A stretch of 64,000 nt of DNA from a virus (taxonomy: Duplodnaviria; Caudoviricetes), in the IMG/VR virus record IMGVR_UViG_3300028392_002123; one strand, written 5' to 3'. Below are positions 43,958-56,500 of this stretch, in pieces (the first letter of the stretch is position 1; every line of letters starts with the position of its first letter). Both the position numbers and the translations under genes were made by a program. The notes beneath the pieces are model-generated. The model had not been told where the DNA came from, ran no database searches, and worked only from the letters and a program-made list of their open reading frames with translations.

Positions 43958-44344
43958 ATGCGTAAGTTTAAAGGATTTTCTACTGTTAACCGTCAACACA
44001 CAGATTGGCGCCTCTACGACATCGATCTTGCTAAACAAGATCTTCTCAATGAGATTTATACAAGAAAAGGCGAAAGACTCATGAGTCCTAGCTTTGGCTA
44101 TGTTGTATGGGATTTACTGTTTGATCCTTTAACTGAACACGTGACCACAGCAATTGAGCAGGATACAATACGAATTGTCAGTAAAGATCCTAGATTTCAA
44201 TTATTACAAATACTAGTAACAGACAGCCCCGATGAAAGTTCAATCGACGTAAATCTAAGATTATATTACGTCCCGTCTGCATCAGAGACAGAACTAATGG
44301 CCAGTTTTTCTAGGAATTTAAGCGATCAAAGGATAAAAGAATAA
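43958..44344 (+). CDS. gp25: baseplate wedge subunit (gp25-like)
   Basis: AKQDLLNEIYTRKGERLMSPSFG..VWDLLFDPL. Confidence 0.9.
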   Translation: MRKFKGFSTVNRQHTDWRLYDIDLAKQDLLNEIYTRKGERLMSPSFGYVVWDLLFDPLTEHVTTAIEQDTIRIVSKDPRFQLLQILVTDSPDESSIDVNLRLYYVPSASETELMASFSRNLSDQRIKE

Positions 44345-44345
44345 A

Positions 44346-47300
44346 ATGTCAGCATCTATTAGGCAAGAAAATTTATACGGCGCCGAAGACTGGAGATTAG
44401 TTTATACCAGTTTTAAAAATGCCGAATTTCAAAGTTATGACTTTGATACATTGCGTAGTGCAATGATAGAGTATCTGCAATTAAATTATCCTGAAGAATA
44501 CAACGATTACATTCAAAGCAGTGAATTTATTGCACTGGTTGACTTAGTGGCTTTTGTTGGCCAAAATCTAAGTTTTAGAATGGATTTAAATGCACGTGAA
44601 AATATCTTAGACACCGCGGAAAAGCGTGAAAGTGTGTTGCGTATTGCACGTATGCTTAGTTATAAACCCAAGCGTGTGCGTCCAGCTGAAGGCCTGCTAC
44701 AAGTTACCGCGGTGAGAACAACAGAACAAATTATAGACAGCACAGGCAATAACTTGTCTAATCAATTGGTTACTTGGGGCAGTGATCCCAGCGAATTAGA
44801 CTACGAACGATTTATTAAAATTATTGACAGCGCATTAAACACTACAAATAAATTTGGAGTGCCTGTACAAAAAGTTACAAATACAACTTCGGGTGATAAA
44901 TTTGAAGTATATCAGTTTAATAACATTAATAGAAAAACTGAGTACAGCATACCAGCAATAATTAATACAACAAATATAAACTTTGACCTTTTATCAGTTG
45001 AACTCAGTGACGCAGGTATTATTCAGCAGGCCGTGCCCACAGACAGCTTGGGCTTTAGTTTATTATATAGAAATGATGGCAAAGGTACTGGTAGTATTCG
45101 CACAGGATTTTTTGCACTGGCCAAACAGGGCAGTCAGCAAAGTCAGGTTTTTAGATTTGATGCACCCAAGGCCAATGCAGTAATTGATTTGTACAGCACA
45201 TCAAATATCAGTGAAGATGATTTTTATGTACAGACCTTGGACATTCAAGGTAACGTAGTTAAAAACTGGACCAGAGTAGGATCCATTGATTCCAGCAACT
45301 TGGTTGTAAATCAATATGGTAACTCTAACAAAGACTTGTTTGAAGTAATTTACAGCGATGCTGATATTACCAGCATTAAGTTCGGTGATGGATTATTCAG
45401 CAACAGCGCCGACGGTATTATTCGTGTATGGTACAGACTTGCAGAAGACAGTTTCCTAAAAGTCAAAGCAGGCGATGTATCAAATAAAGCAATCAACATT
45501 GACTATGTTAACAGCAATGGAGAAATTCATACACTAGAGTTAACAATTACTCTGCAAGAAAGCATGACCACTGGTATACCCAGTGAAAATGTCGATGAGA
45601 TCAAAGCTAATGCACCCAATGCATTCTATAGTAAAAATCGCATGGTCACCGGCGACGACTATGCCGGATTCTTGCCCACACTGAACAATAATACTTTATT
45701 ACTCAAAGTAGAAAATAGAACATTTGCAGGCTATAGCAGATACACTGATTTAAATGATCCAACAGGCAAAAGCAGACCCTTGGTCGAACTAGGCGATGAT
45801 GGCTACATTTACTATGATGAAGATATTAAAACTGTGGCGGTTGCAGATAAACCCGGTGTTAGACCCATTGATTTCATTGAAGAACATTTAGAACTAAAAT
45901 TAAATGACATCGGCCTATTGAATTTTTATTATGGCAAATTAGATTTAACCAACACTGGTAGTTCTACATTGTTTAAAATATTTAATGTTGCAGATAAACA
46001 ATATAAATGGAATCCTGCATTCGTGGACAATACCAGCTCAAATGGTTATATTACCAGTAAAAATGTAGATAATGCCGACGTACCGGCTAGACTGGGATTT
46101 ACTACCTATGGCGATCTAAGATCCATACGTCCCGGCAGTTTATTAAACATACAAACCGGCGACACTAAACAGTGGACCATTGTCAATGATATCAAAGGCA
46201 ATGGCCTGGGGCAGGAAGATGACACTGGAAATTATACAGGGTTATTGCTCAACGGTCACGGTGCAGTGGAAATTGACAAATCAATCAGTGCTAGTTCTAC
46301 CATAGTAAATATTGTGCCTGCATTTCCAAGAATATTTGACGAAAATACTCGTGCTAAAATAACAGAATTTTTAGTTAACAACAAACCATTTGCTGTGGCC
46401 ATTGATCATAAACAACCTAAATGGACAGTGATCGACACTACATTAAATGCCATAGATAAAACCAGTGACTGGGACAACGCCGACGATAAAAAATATTGGT
46501 TATTTTATCTGGAACGCAGTTCAGACAGTTGGATTATCAACTTCAGAACCTTAGACTATGTCTTTGGCAGTGACGCATTATTAAGATTTTATAATATTAA
46601 TTTTGCATCCACAGACAATCCGAATTTTAAGAGCATAGGCAATGATTTTATCACTGTGATTAATTCAGTGGCAGGTAAACTTACAGATCAAGCCACTTAT
46701 AGAATAACGGGTTATTATAACTATAAAGATGGCTACACTGACAACAGTAAAGTTAAAATTACACCCTTGGATGTAGACAACAATTTGTTGCCCGACGATC
46801 CCAATCACTTTATCAAAGTTGTTGGCAACAGTACAATAGCACTTAAAAATTACGTAGAAGATGATTTTACATATTTGGTGCCAACTACAGCAGATGATAC
46901 AAATAAAGTTGTAGGTCCTATACCAGGCATACGTGACCTGATGTTCCAATGGACTCATAATACTTACACCGATCAAACTTTAAATCCCGCGCTGACAAAT
47001 ATAATAGATGTATATGTGTTGACCAAGAGTTACAACAGCGAATTTAATGCTTGGAAAAACAGCGGTAGCATTGGCCTACCTCCAGACGCTCCTACCAGCG
47101 AAGAATTGAATAGAGAATTTAAAAATATCGCTGACTATAAAATGTCCACAGATGAAGTAATATTCCATCCTGTAAAATTTAAATCTTTATTTGGCGTTAG
47201 TGCTGATGAAAATCTACAAGCAACATTTAAAGTTATTAAGAATGCCAAGAGCAAGATCACAGACAACGAGTTAAAAAGCAAAGTCTTATCTGCAATCAAT

Positions 47301-47549
47301 GGTTTCTTTGCTGTGGGTAATTTTGACTTTGGCGAAACATTTTATTTTACTGAATTAGCGGCCTATGTGCATGCCAAGTTAAAAACAGATATTAACAGCG
47401 TGGTCATTGTTCCGGTAACTTCTTCCAGTAAATTTGGCACGTTGTTCCAGATAACACCAAATAAAAATGAATTAATAACTAGTACAGCAACAGTTAACGA
47501 TATTGTTGTTATTAAAGATATCACCGACCAGAATATCAGGAAAGCATAA
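44346..47549 (+). CDS. gp6: baseplate wedge subunit (gp6-like)
   Basis: YDFDTLRSAMIEYL...SSEF...DLNARENILDTAEKRESVLRIARMLSYKP; ENVDEIKANAP..F...NRMVT..DY. Confidence 0.85.
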   Translation: MSASIRQENLYGAEDWRLVYTSFKNAEFQSYDFDTLRSAMIEYLQLNYPEEYNDYIQSSEFIALVDLVAFVGQNLSFRMDLNARENILDTAEKRESVLRIARMLSYKPKRVRPAEGLLQVTAVRTTEQIIDSTGNNLSNQLVTWGSDPSELDYERFIKIIDSALNTTNKFGVPVQKVTNTTSGDKFEVYQFNNINRKTEYSIPAIINTTNINFDLLSVELSDAGIIQQAVPTDSLGFSLLYRNDGKGTGSIRTGFFALAKQGSQQSQVFRFDAPKANAVIDLYSTSNISEDDFYVQTLDIQGNVVKNWTRVGSIDSSNLVVNQYGNSNKDLFEVIYSDADITSIKFGDGLFSNSADGIIRVWYRLAEDSFLKVKAGDVSNKAINIDYVNSNGEIHTLELTITLQESMTTGIPSENVDEIKANAPNAFYSKNRMVTGDDYAGFLPTLNNNTLLLKVENRTFAGYSRYTDLNDPTGKSRPLVELGDDGYIYYDEDIKTVAVADKPGVRPIDFIEEHLELKLNDIGLLNFYYGKLDLTNTGSSTLFKIFNVADKQYKWNPAFVDNTSSNGYITSKNVDNADVPARLGFTTYGDLRSIRPGSLLNIQTGDTKQWTIVNDIKGNGLGQEDDTGNYTGLLLNGHGAVEIDKSISASSTIVNIVPAFPRIFDENTRAKITEFLVNNKPFAVAIDHKQPKWTVIDTTLNAIDKTSDWDNADDKKYWLFYLERSSDSWIINFRTLDYVFGSDALLRFYNINFASTDNPNFKSIGNDFITVINSVAGKLTDQATYRITGYYNYKDGYTDNSKVKITPLDVDNNLLPDDPNHFIKVVGNSTIALKNYVEDDFTYLVPTTADDTNKVVGPIPGIRDLMFQWTHNTYTDQTLNPALTNIIDVYVLTKSYNSEFNAWKNSGSIGLPPDAPTSEELNREFKNIADYKMSTDEVIFHPVKFKSLFGVSADENLQATFKVIKNAKSKITDNELKSKVLSAINGFFAVGNFDFGETFYFTELAAYVHAKLKTDINSVVIVPVTSSSKFGTLFQITPNKNELITSTATVNDIVVIKDITDQNIRKA

Positions 47550-50500
47550 TGAGTAAAATTAGTAATATTCCAGGCGAAGAACCATCGCGATCAATTAAAA
47601 ACGAAGATCTACTGCCTGTTGTTTTCAGAACCGATATCAATAAAAAGATGTTGGATAGTTCTGCAAACCTTATGACATCTAAGGGTAAAATGCAACCATT
47701 TTATCAAAGTTATGGTACACAAAATGCTTCTGATGTTGCAGGAAAATTTTTAACAGAAGATAATAACATTGTTAGAAAAGAAAGTCAGACTAATCTAGCA
47801 ATTAATTACTACGATTCCAATGATGAATATAAAGGTAAGTTTTCTTACATTGACCTAGACAATTATTTTAAAATACAGGGACTGCCATTGAAAGATGGCG
47901 TAGACCTGGATAAAGATGTTAAGTCTTTGCAACTGCCTATTAGTCAGTTTAGAACCACAGACTATCAATTATACTATTGGTTGCCTGAAGGTCTGCCACC
48001 ATTTAGAATTCATGTTGAAGATCGTGGCACAGGAATTAGATTAGCTGTAGCCGATAATATTGTGGGCAAACCGTTTGCAATTTTAACCGACGACACTTCG
48101 GGAAAAACAGTTACACTATCTAATTACCAAAAAATATTTTTTACAGGCGCAGTTGATGATGCATATCGAAGTCAGGATCCTGAAAGCCCCGTGGTATACA
48201 TTGTATTAAACGTGGGCAACAGTATTAGATTAGTACCGGAATCTTTCTATGAAAAGAGAGCCAATACCACAGCATATACTAAATTACCCTGGGACGAAGA
48301 CAGCGGTGAACCTCCTTACATGGGCAAAGAATGGGCGGCCGCACCCTGGGACACTAGCAGATATCTAAATTTAGAACCTGAATATGTTTTAGTTGAACAA
48401 TATGCCGGTGATAGAAATCCCTGGAGTATAATCAACTGTTGGTATCATGTTTCTAGAATTAGAGAAGTAATGAATTTCTATGACTTGAAATTAGAAGATT
48501 ACATCAGTGAAAAAAACAGAGCACAGCGTCCTATTATTCAACTGTCTGCGGGAACAAAATTATTTAATTGGCCCACAACATGGATCACTGAAGTTGAAAC
48601 AGTTATAGAAGGAACTAAGAATAAACATTCTGGTATTCATATCAGTATGATCAAAGACAGGTATGATCATCCTATTGCCGAAGGAAAATTAGTTGCCTTT
48701 ACCGAAGAAGCTACAATCTATAGACTGTCAACTGTTGTACAAGACAACCAACATTTATCTGTGTGGACACCAACTCAATATGTTGGCACAGACGGCGCTG
48801 GAGTTTTTGTTGTAGGTGCTACAACAATTAGATATTATTCATTTATATTTAAAAACAACAAGTGGCAACCTGCACAGAATAAAATTCAGCCTAATCAGTG
48901 TCCACTAATAGACGTATTTGATGAAAACGGTGTTAGTTACAGTGATTCTTCTGTTTATTATAATTCTAATTTTGCCGGCGCACGAGTATTGGATTTTGCA
49001 CCAGGCACTACCTACGACCCTGTGCTAAAAAGAAATATAAAATTAAGCGACATTGAATTTGATGCTTTGCCCACTGTGTCCGATGTATTGTTGTCAGGCC
49101 CGAATCAATTACAAATGGTCACTGACATTGATCGAGTATGGAGCTACGACGTAGACATCAACGAAAAATCAACGTCCGGTGTTAATTATTACAAATTCTT
49201 CAATGTTCTAAATTCTTTCTGGAATCAGCGCACAGGCTTGGACATTACCATGTCAGAACAGGTCATCGAGTACACAGAAGACACAGACTTGATGTTCTCA
49301 GCTGAAACAACTGCTCCTGTTGATGGATTTAACACTATACATGTTTTTGAAAATGAAAATCGTGAAACAAACCTATATTTTTATCTCAAAGATTATGGTA
49401 TGGTACCATACACATCTCGACGTGGATCTAATTTAAAAGAATTAATACTGCCTGTAATTTCCAGTGATTTATACAGCGAATACAGAATTGTCTGCCACAA
49501 CTTATCCCTGCCCTTGGCATTGTATGAAAATAAATTAGTAGACGGATATTCACAGCCTGTGCTATTGCCAGAACCCATAGTACAAAACAATAATATATCA
49601 CATGGTGTAATTACAGTTAACCTAGAATCTACGTATATTGATTCTTCTTTAGTGGTTCAAACTAATCCTATCAGTGCTGACGATTCAAAGTTTTTATGGA
49701 ATTATAATAATCAGTGGCGCCTGGCCATAACTCGTCCCATAGACAAGTTCAAGTTTATTACCAATGCATTTTTACGAGATAGAACAGTACCTTTATACAA
49801 CGGATTTGATTATAGAAATGCAACAAATTCTCAGACAGCCACTGGCATTGACGTTATTGAAGCCACTAAGTCATTGAGTAAAAAAGCACTGGTAGGCGAT
49901 AAAATTGTAATAGAAAGTCCTGCACTGGTGTCAGGAAAGAAAACAGCACCATATGCACTGAGCAGTAATCCAGGCAACGAAGGTCTTTCTAACTTAGATT
50001 ATTATAGTGTATATCAACACTTGACCTTTGAACAATCTACGTCTCCTAATTCCCGAGAATTTTTAGATCCAGGTAATACCGATGGCACATATAATGCTTT
50101 GCTGGTGCCGCTGGGATCAGGTACAATTCACAAACATAATCAACCTATAGGTTTATTTGGATTATTGTCAGCTAACACAGAATTGGATCTAATAGACACT
50201 ATTACAAAACAGGCACGACACTATGACACATTTATGTCTAGATTTAAAGCAGACCTGCAACAGGCTATTAACAGGGCAGAAGATTTATCCACGGCAAATT
50301 ATCAAAATATTCTAACAGTGGCCTTAGAATCAGTGTACGTTAACCAAGTTGAGGATACATTCTGGCATCACAGTAATATGATTGGTTGGGGCATTGATTA
50401 TAAAGAAAATTCCACAACACTTACAGATAATAATTATGCATTTGTATACCCTATAGAATCTATATCCTTTGGAGCAGGCAAAGAATTATTAACTCATATT

Positions 50501-53500
50501 TTCTGCAATGGCATACATTTACAGCGCGGTGTTGACTATAACTATACTTCCAACATTGACGGGTATTATACCGGCGTTAATATTAATTCCAGATTCCTAG
50601 GCCAACGCATAGTTATTAGACAATGGGCGGCGACGTTCTCTAGTAGAATACCAGCAAGTCTTGCCAAGCTTGGACTTAGTCCATTATACATGCCAGAGAT
50701 ATATAGAGACGCTAGTTATTCAACTGACAGTTATTTTATAATCCGACACGATGGCACACGATATTATTTAGAAGACGGTGTTGACAATAATTTATTGCCA
50801 CGCGGCATTGTTGATGCATTGTTGTTTGAATATGAAAAAATGATATTCAGCAGTATTGCACACGACATTGAACAAATAGATCGCAGTCAATATATTGAAA
50901 GAACTCCTGGTTATTTTAGACAAACTAAACAGTCCCAGCAAGACGTTTTAAATTTTAAAAATGCCAGCACAGTTACTTGGCAAATAGAAAATAGTTTATT
51001 TGTCCTAAACAATGACACGTATGATACTAATAATAAATTTACCTATCGATACGTTATGCCAGAGCTCAGCGGATCTTGGAGAGCAGTATATAGATACTTG
51101 TTTGACACAGATCGTCCGCATACACATCCATGGGAAATGCTGGGTTACACATTAAAACCCGCTCAGTGGGACACATATTATAGTTGGACTGATCCCAGTA
51201 AACGTCAAGCACTGATTAACGTATTATTAACAGGAAGAAGAATAGGCACCCATGGACTACCTTATCTAAGCCGTTATGTAGAAGCTGTTGGCAACGTTTT
51301 CCCGGTGACCAATACCGGAGAACTATTAGCACCCATGGATGTGCCATGGATAGCTGAAAAAATTATCAACGTTAATTTTGATTCCGATTTTACAGTGGGC
51401 GAATTAAGTCCACAAGAATTTGTTTTCAAATCCACGCAACGAGGATTATCAGTAGAAGTCACAGCAACTTATTTGTTAAACGCATTAAAGTTTGTCAATG
51501 AACTATGGAGACCAGGATCTGTTAAAACTAATAGATTAGGCATTAACACCACAGCACAGTCAAATAATGGATGGAACACTGGATCTATTGATTCTAACTA
51601 TCATAGATCTACCAGCACATGTTTTACCTCTGGCATAGAAGCTCTGCTGGCCGAACACTATATCTTACAGAATAAAGATTTTTATGCTGATATTGTTGAT
51701 AAATCTAATCATACAAAAATAGTTAAAGAAATTTTACTATCTGGATTTACAAATAAGAGCAACCTGAGAATACAAAGTACAAGTATTAATTCACAGCGTA
51801 CTGCCTTATATGTTCCCGAAGAAAACTTCTCCGTGAGAACTGTTAATCATTATAAAGACAATGAATATTTTTATAGTGGACTGAGAATTATATGGACTGG
51901 CCAAGCTTGGATGATTTATGGATTTGTCAACGAGACTCCTTACTTCTCGGCGTATACTCCAAATCCTACCAGCACAATTACAAGTTATTCGATTGGTAAT
52001 TTTACATACAGAGAAAAGAATACATATAATAAAACTGTGGTAAGATATCCTTATGGACATTCGTTTACAGACAAACAAGAACTTTATGATTTTATCAAAG
52101 GCTATGGTTACTATCTAGAAGATCGAGGCTTTATATTTGATCAAGTTGAATCCAATGATTTAAAGAATTGGCAGTTGAGTGCCAAGCAATTTGCTTTCTG
52201 GTCCGGAGATCCTTTGCTGGCAGGAAATTATATTGACTTAAATCCAGCCGCAGATATAATTAAAATAAAAATTCCCCTGGGACAACTGGATAACCTAGTA
52301 GGTAACAATCATTTGCCGGGATTATGTGTTACACGTAACAACAAAGCATTGTTTAGCAAAGACTTGGTAGTTACTAGAAATACTATAACTGAAGTAAAAA
52401 CCAAGGATACTACCAATCCAATCTACGGCATTAAATTTACAACTAGTACCTATGAATCAGTGATTCATTTGGATGAAACCAGTGTGTTCAATGACATATA
52501 CTTTCTTGCCAATCAACGACTGTCTAAGCGAAGATTCCTAGTAGCAGGTAAAAAGACTCAGGCCTGGTCGGGTAGATTATATGCTCCGGGATATTATTTT
52601 TACAACAACAGTCTTTATTCTAACTTGGATAATATTGCAGATCAGGGTAGAAATTTCTTGTCCATAGAGGACACTACCTTGGATACTACATTAATTGAAG
52701 CGGCCAAGAGTCAGTTCGGCTTGGATAAGAATGCCGAACTTAGAGAATTGTTTTTAACAGAAGAAAGTGAATTACAGTTTAAGAATTCAGTGCCTTTTAT
52801 AAAAGGAACGAACAAAGTCTTTACCAGTTTAGAACCATTGACTCACACTGACGGAAGTTCTACTATTCCCTATAACGAATATCTTGTTAAACTAGGAGAG
52901 TTTGGCAGCACAGAAAAAATTCAATTCTATGAATTCCAACTAAGACAGTCCGACTATATTAATAAAAAACAAATTGTTAATTTTAATTTAGATAATACAT
53001 ACAGCAAAGATCAGGCACATAATATTACACGAGCAGACTGGGTTTATAAACCTAAAACTTCTGCGACCTTGGAATTTTTAACACTGGGACGACAGTCTAT
53101 GTTAGAAACAACAGGACCTGTGGCCGGCAATGACACAAACTATAGTATTCAAACATTGGACGACATTGATTTAATGTACAACGAATTTAAAGCACTTTGG
53201 TCTATACCCAACTTTGACAGTACTAAGTCTTATGCCGCAGGCGATCTAGTGAGAATTGCAGATCCAAGTGCTGGCGCCAGTATTCGCGGTAAAGTATATG
53301 TTTTTGTCAGCAGTCAAGGCCCAAAAAATCTTTCATCGCAGTTAGATTATTTACAGCATGTATATGAGCCATATCTTCCTAATTTCTTTGTAAACAATTA
53401 TTCTTTAAAGAATACACAACTATCTACAACCAATAAAATTTATCCTCCTGCCACTTGGCAAGTCATGCAGACCACAGATGCTAATCTTGTTATCAAAGAA

Positions 53501-56500
53501 GCCTGTCCAGGTCTAGCAGATAACAGTAAAGTTCAAATTGAAACTATAGACAACCACTATCTAAGAACCGGCGACAAAGTATTAATTGTCAACACAGACC
53601 AAACATGGGGTAGTGTCAATGGTATTTGGACTGTGGAGCGTATAGATGATAAGAATTTCTATATTCCTAGTAAGTTAACTAAGAAAATCTATGTAGGCAA
53701 AGTGTTTACATTTAAAACTGTGAGGTTTGCCACTCAATCAGATTTATCCGTGGCTCTGCAACAGCAAAATGGATATCGCTGGTTTAACAGATTATCAACC
53801 ACAGAAAGTAGCCTAGGTCTGCCGTCAGCTTTAAATAATTTACCTAAAACGCTGTCTGGATATTCTCAGGTCAAACCCCTGGTCATTGTTGACCAAGCAG
53901 TCAGTGTACCGGAACCAGCAACATCCTGGGATACTGGTGGATATATTTCTTATCAAATTAATATTGCAGGCAACGGACAAATATCCTTGTCTATTATTAA
54001 AAATGAACAACTGCCAGTACTGGCCGAAGATATCGAACATGTTATAATATGGGATCATGCCACAAAACAAACTGTGGCAAAAATAGAACTATTTGATCCT
54101 ATTAGATTGGTTATTCCAAAAACTTTTACACGAGAAATAGATGTAATTAATCGTGTTGACCCTGCAAGATACAATAGAACTAGCAGTGAATACAAAGCAG
54201 TATATAGTAGCACAGCATGGTACGATGAAAAAGTAGGCAAGCGTTGGTGGGATACTAGTACTGTAAAATTTACCGACTATAAAATCGGTGGCGCAGTAGA
54301 ACGTTCACTAAAATGGGCCTTAGAGAATTCGGGCTCCACAGTGGACGTATACGAATGGACTAAGAGTTCAGTACATCCTGCTCAGTGGGCAGATTCTGTT
54401 AGAGCAAAAACAGAAGTATATGGACAAGTTGCCACAGGCTCGGCCTATTCTGAAATAATAAACGGCGGCCCTGCATATAATTGGACTGAAACTGAAGATT
54501 ATGTCAATGGTAAAACTGTCAAAGTTTATTATTTCTGGGTTAGAAATAAAACTACTATTAACTTAAATTCTACAAGAACTCTAACAGCATATCAATTATC
54601 TAAATCAGTGCTGGACCCTACTGCGGCAGGTATACCTTGGTGTACACCATTGACCAAAGATACTATGATGTTTGTGGGCTTGGAAAATATACTGTCAGAA
54701 ACAACAGTGGTACAAATTAAGAGAAAATCTACATTCGCTCATAAACATCAACAATGGATGTTCATTGCCGACTACAACTCTTCGCAGACAATTCCAGAAT
54801 TCCTGCATATACGTCTACGAGATAGTTTGGCCAGTGCAATTTTCGATGAAAAGTATTATGGCGCCCCTTATAACAAAATTATGTACTTGGAAAGACCAGT
54901 ACCTGATCATAGATTACATCCCTTAAATCGTTTGGGAAATTCTATTAGACCATATGCACAGTCTTGGTTCATTGATTTATACGAAGCAAGAAGAACATTG
55001 ATCAAAGAAGCCAACATTGTATTGAAAAATATCGATGTTATAAATTCTATAGCCGGCTGGAATAGACACTTAAACGATGCTGTTAGTATCGGAGAAGAAA
55101 CAGTGGATGTAACACAGTGGTGGAGCTATGTTGATTATACCAGCATTGCCTATGATCCAACCAAGAGCGTCGCTGTGGTGGTTGGCAATAACCATGAAGC
55201 TATCATTGAATCAAACAATGTATCGTCGGGACAATATATTAAGGTTGCCAATGCACTTAATCAAACAGATGTTATCTATGAAAAAACAGACAATGGACTG
55301 GTTGTTGTTTGGCGCAAAGATGGCACAATAGCATTCAATGAACTGAGTAGAGATACCTATGATAAGAGAACATGGGACGGTGCTCCCTGGGATCATTATA
55401 CATGGGACGACGATTTAAGTTTGATATTCTATTGTATCATGGAAGCCCTGCGTAGAGATCTTCTTGTTATAGACTATCAAAAGTATTATAACAAATTAAT
55501 GTGTGTTATGTTCAGACAGGTATTGTCAGAACAGTTCCATGTTGATTGGTTAACAAAGGCCAGTACAATTCAGCCTTATAATTTACTGGGCGCAGACCTA
55601 AGAGAACGAGTTGAATTGGAGCGTGACAGTTCCGGTACGTTGATCAATTACTTTAAAAATGTAAAGAGTTTTAGGGACAAGCTCAGAGACAGCGTTATAA
55701 CTAAGAATATATCTTCGCCATTGGATATTAATATCAACGATCCTCACGCAATGAATATTGTTTTAACCTACGACAGACACGGTTTGGGCAATAACACAGA
55801 TGCAGTTATCACAGGCCTGCCTTTTGTTGACATTGGCTGGGATGATGAACAAGCACCATGGGACAAACTTCCACTGGATCCTATAGAGTCTAGCTATGAT
55901 TATCTATTAGAAAAGATTTACACAGGATTATCGGGTATACCTGCCGAAGTTGTAGCACAGAATATTGCAGGCCCTACTTATAGCAAGTATAAATTAAATA
56001 CTAATCTAGGTGAAGAATTAGTAAATTGTTATATCAATGAATCTAATGTTATCATCGATGTTGAACATTACTTTGACACTACTCAGACTTCGGTCAAAGT
56101 TAGAACTTATTATAATAATCAAACAGTTAGACACGTCATGATGATTGACAGTAAGTCTGCGATGTTAGTAGATGATCTAACTGATGAAACTACATTTATA
56201 AAAATTTCGCCCGATGATATTAATAAATTACCTGAAGCAACCATTGATAGCCCACAGGCTATTTGGATTGACAATGAAAAAATCTTGTATTTTATCAAGA
56301 CGGAAACAGGTATTACTAGATTGATTAGGGGTGTATCCGGTACAAGCATAACTGACCACTCTGCGGGCTCAACAGTTTATGTGGAAACTGCGGAAACAGT
56401 CTTGCCTTATAATAAAGACTTTATCAGCTCGCATACCACTGGACCGTTCTTCAGCGATCAGGGAGAATCATTAGATTCTAGCACAAACTCAGTGTCGAAG

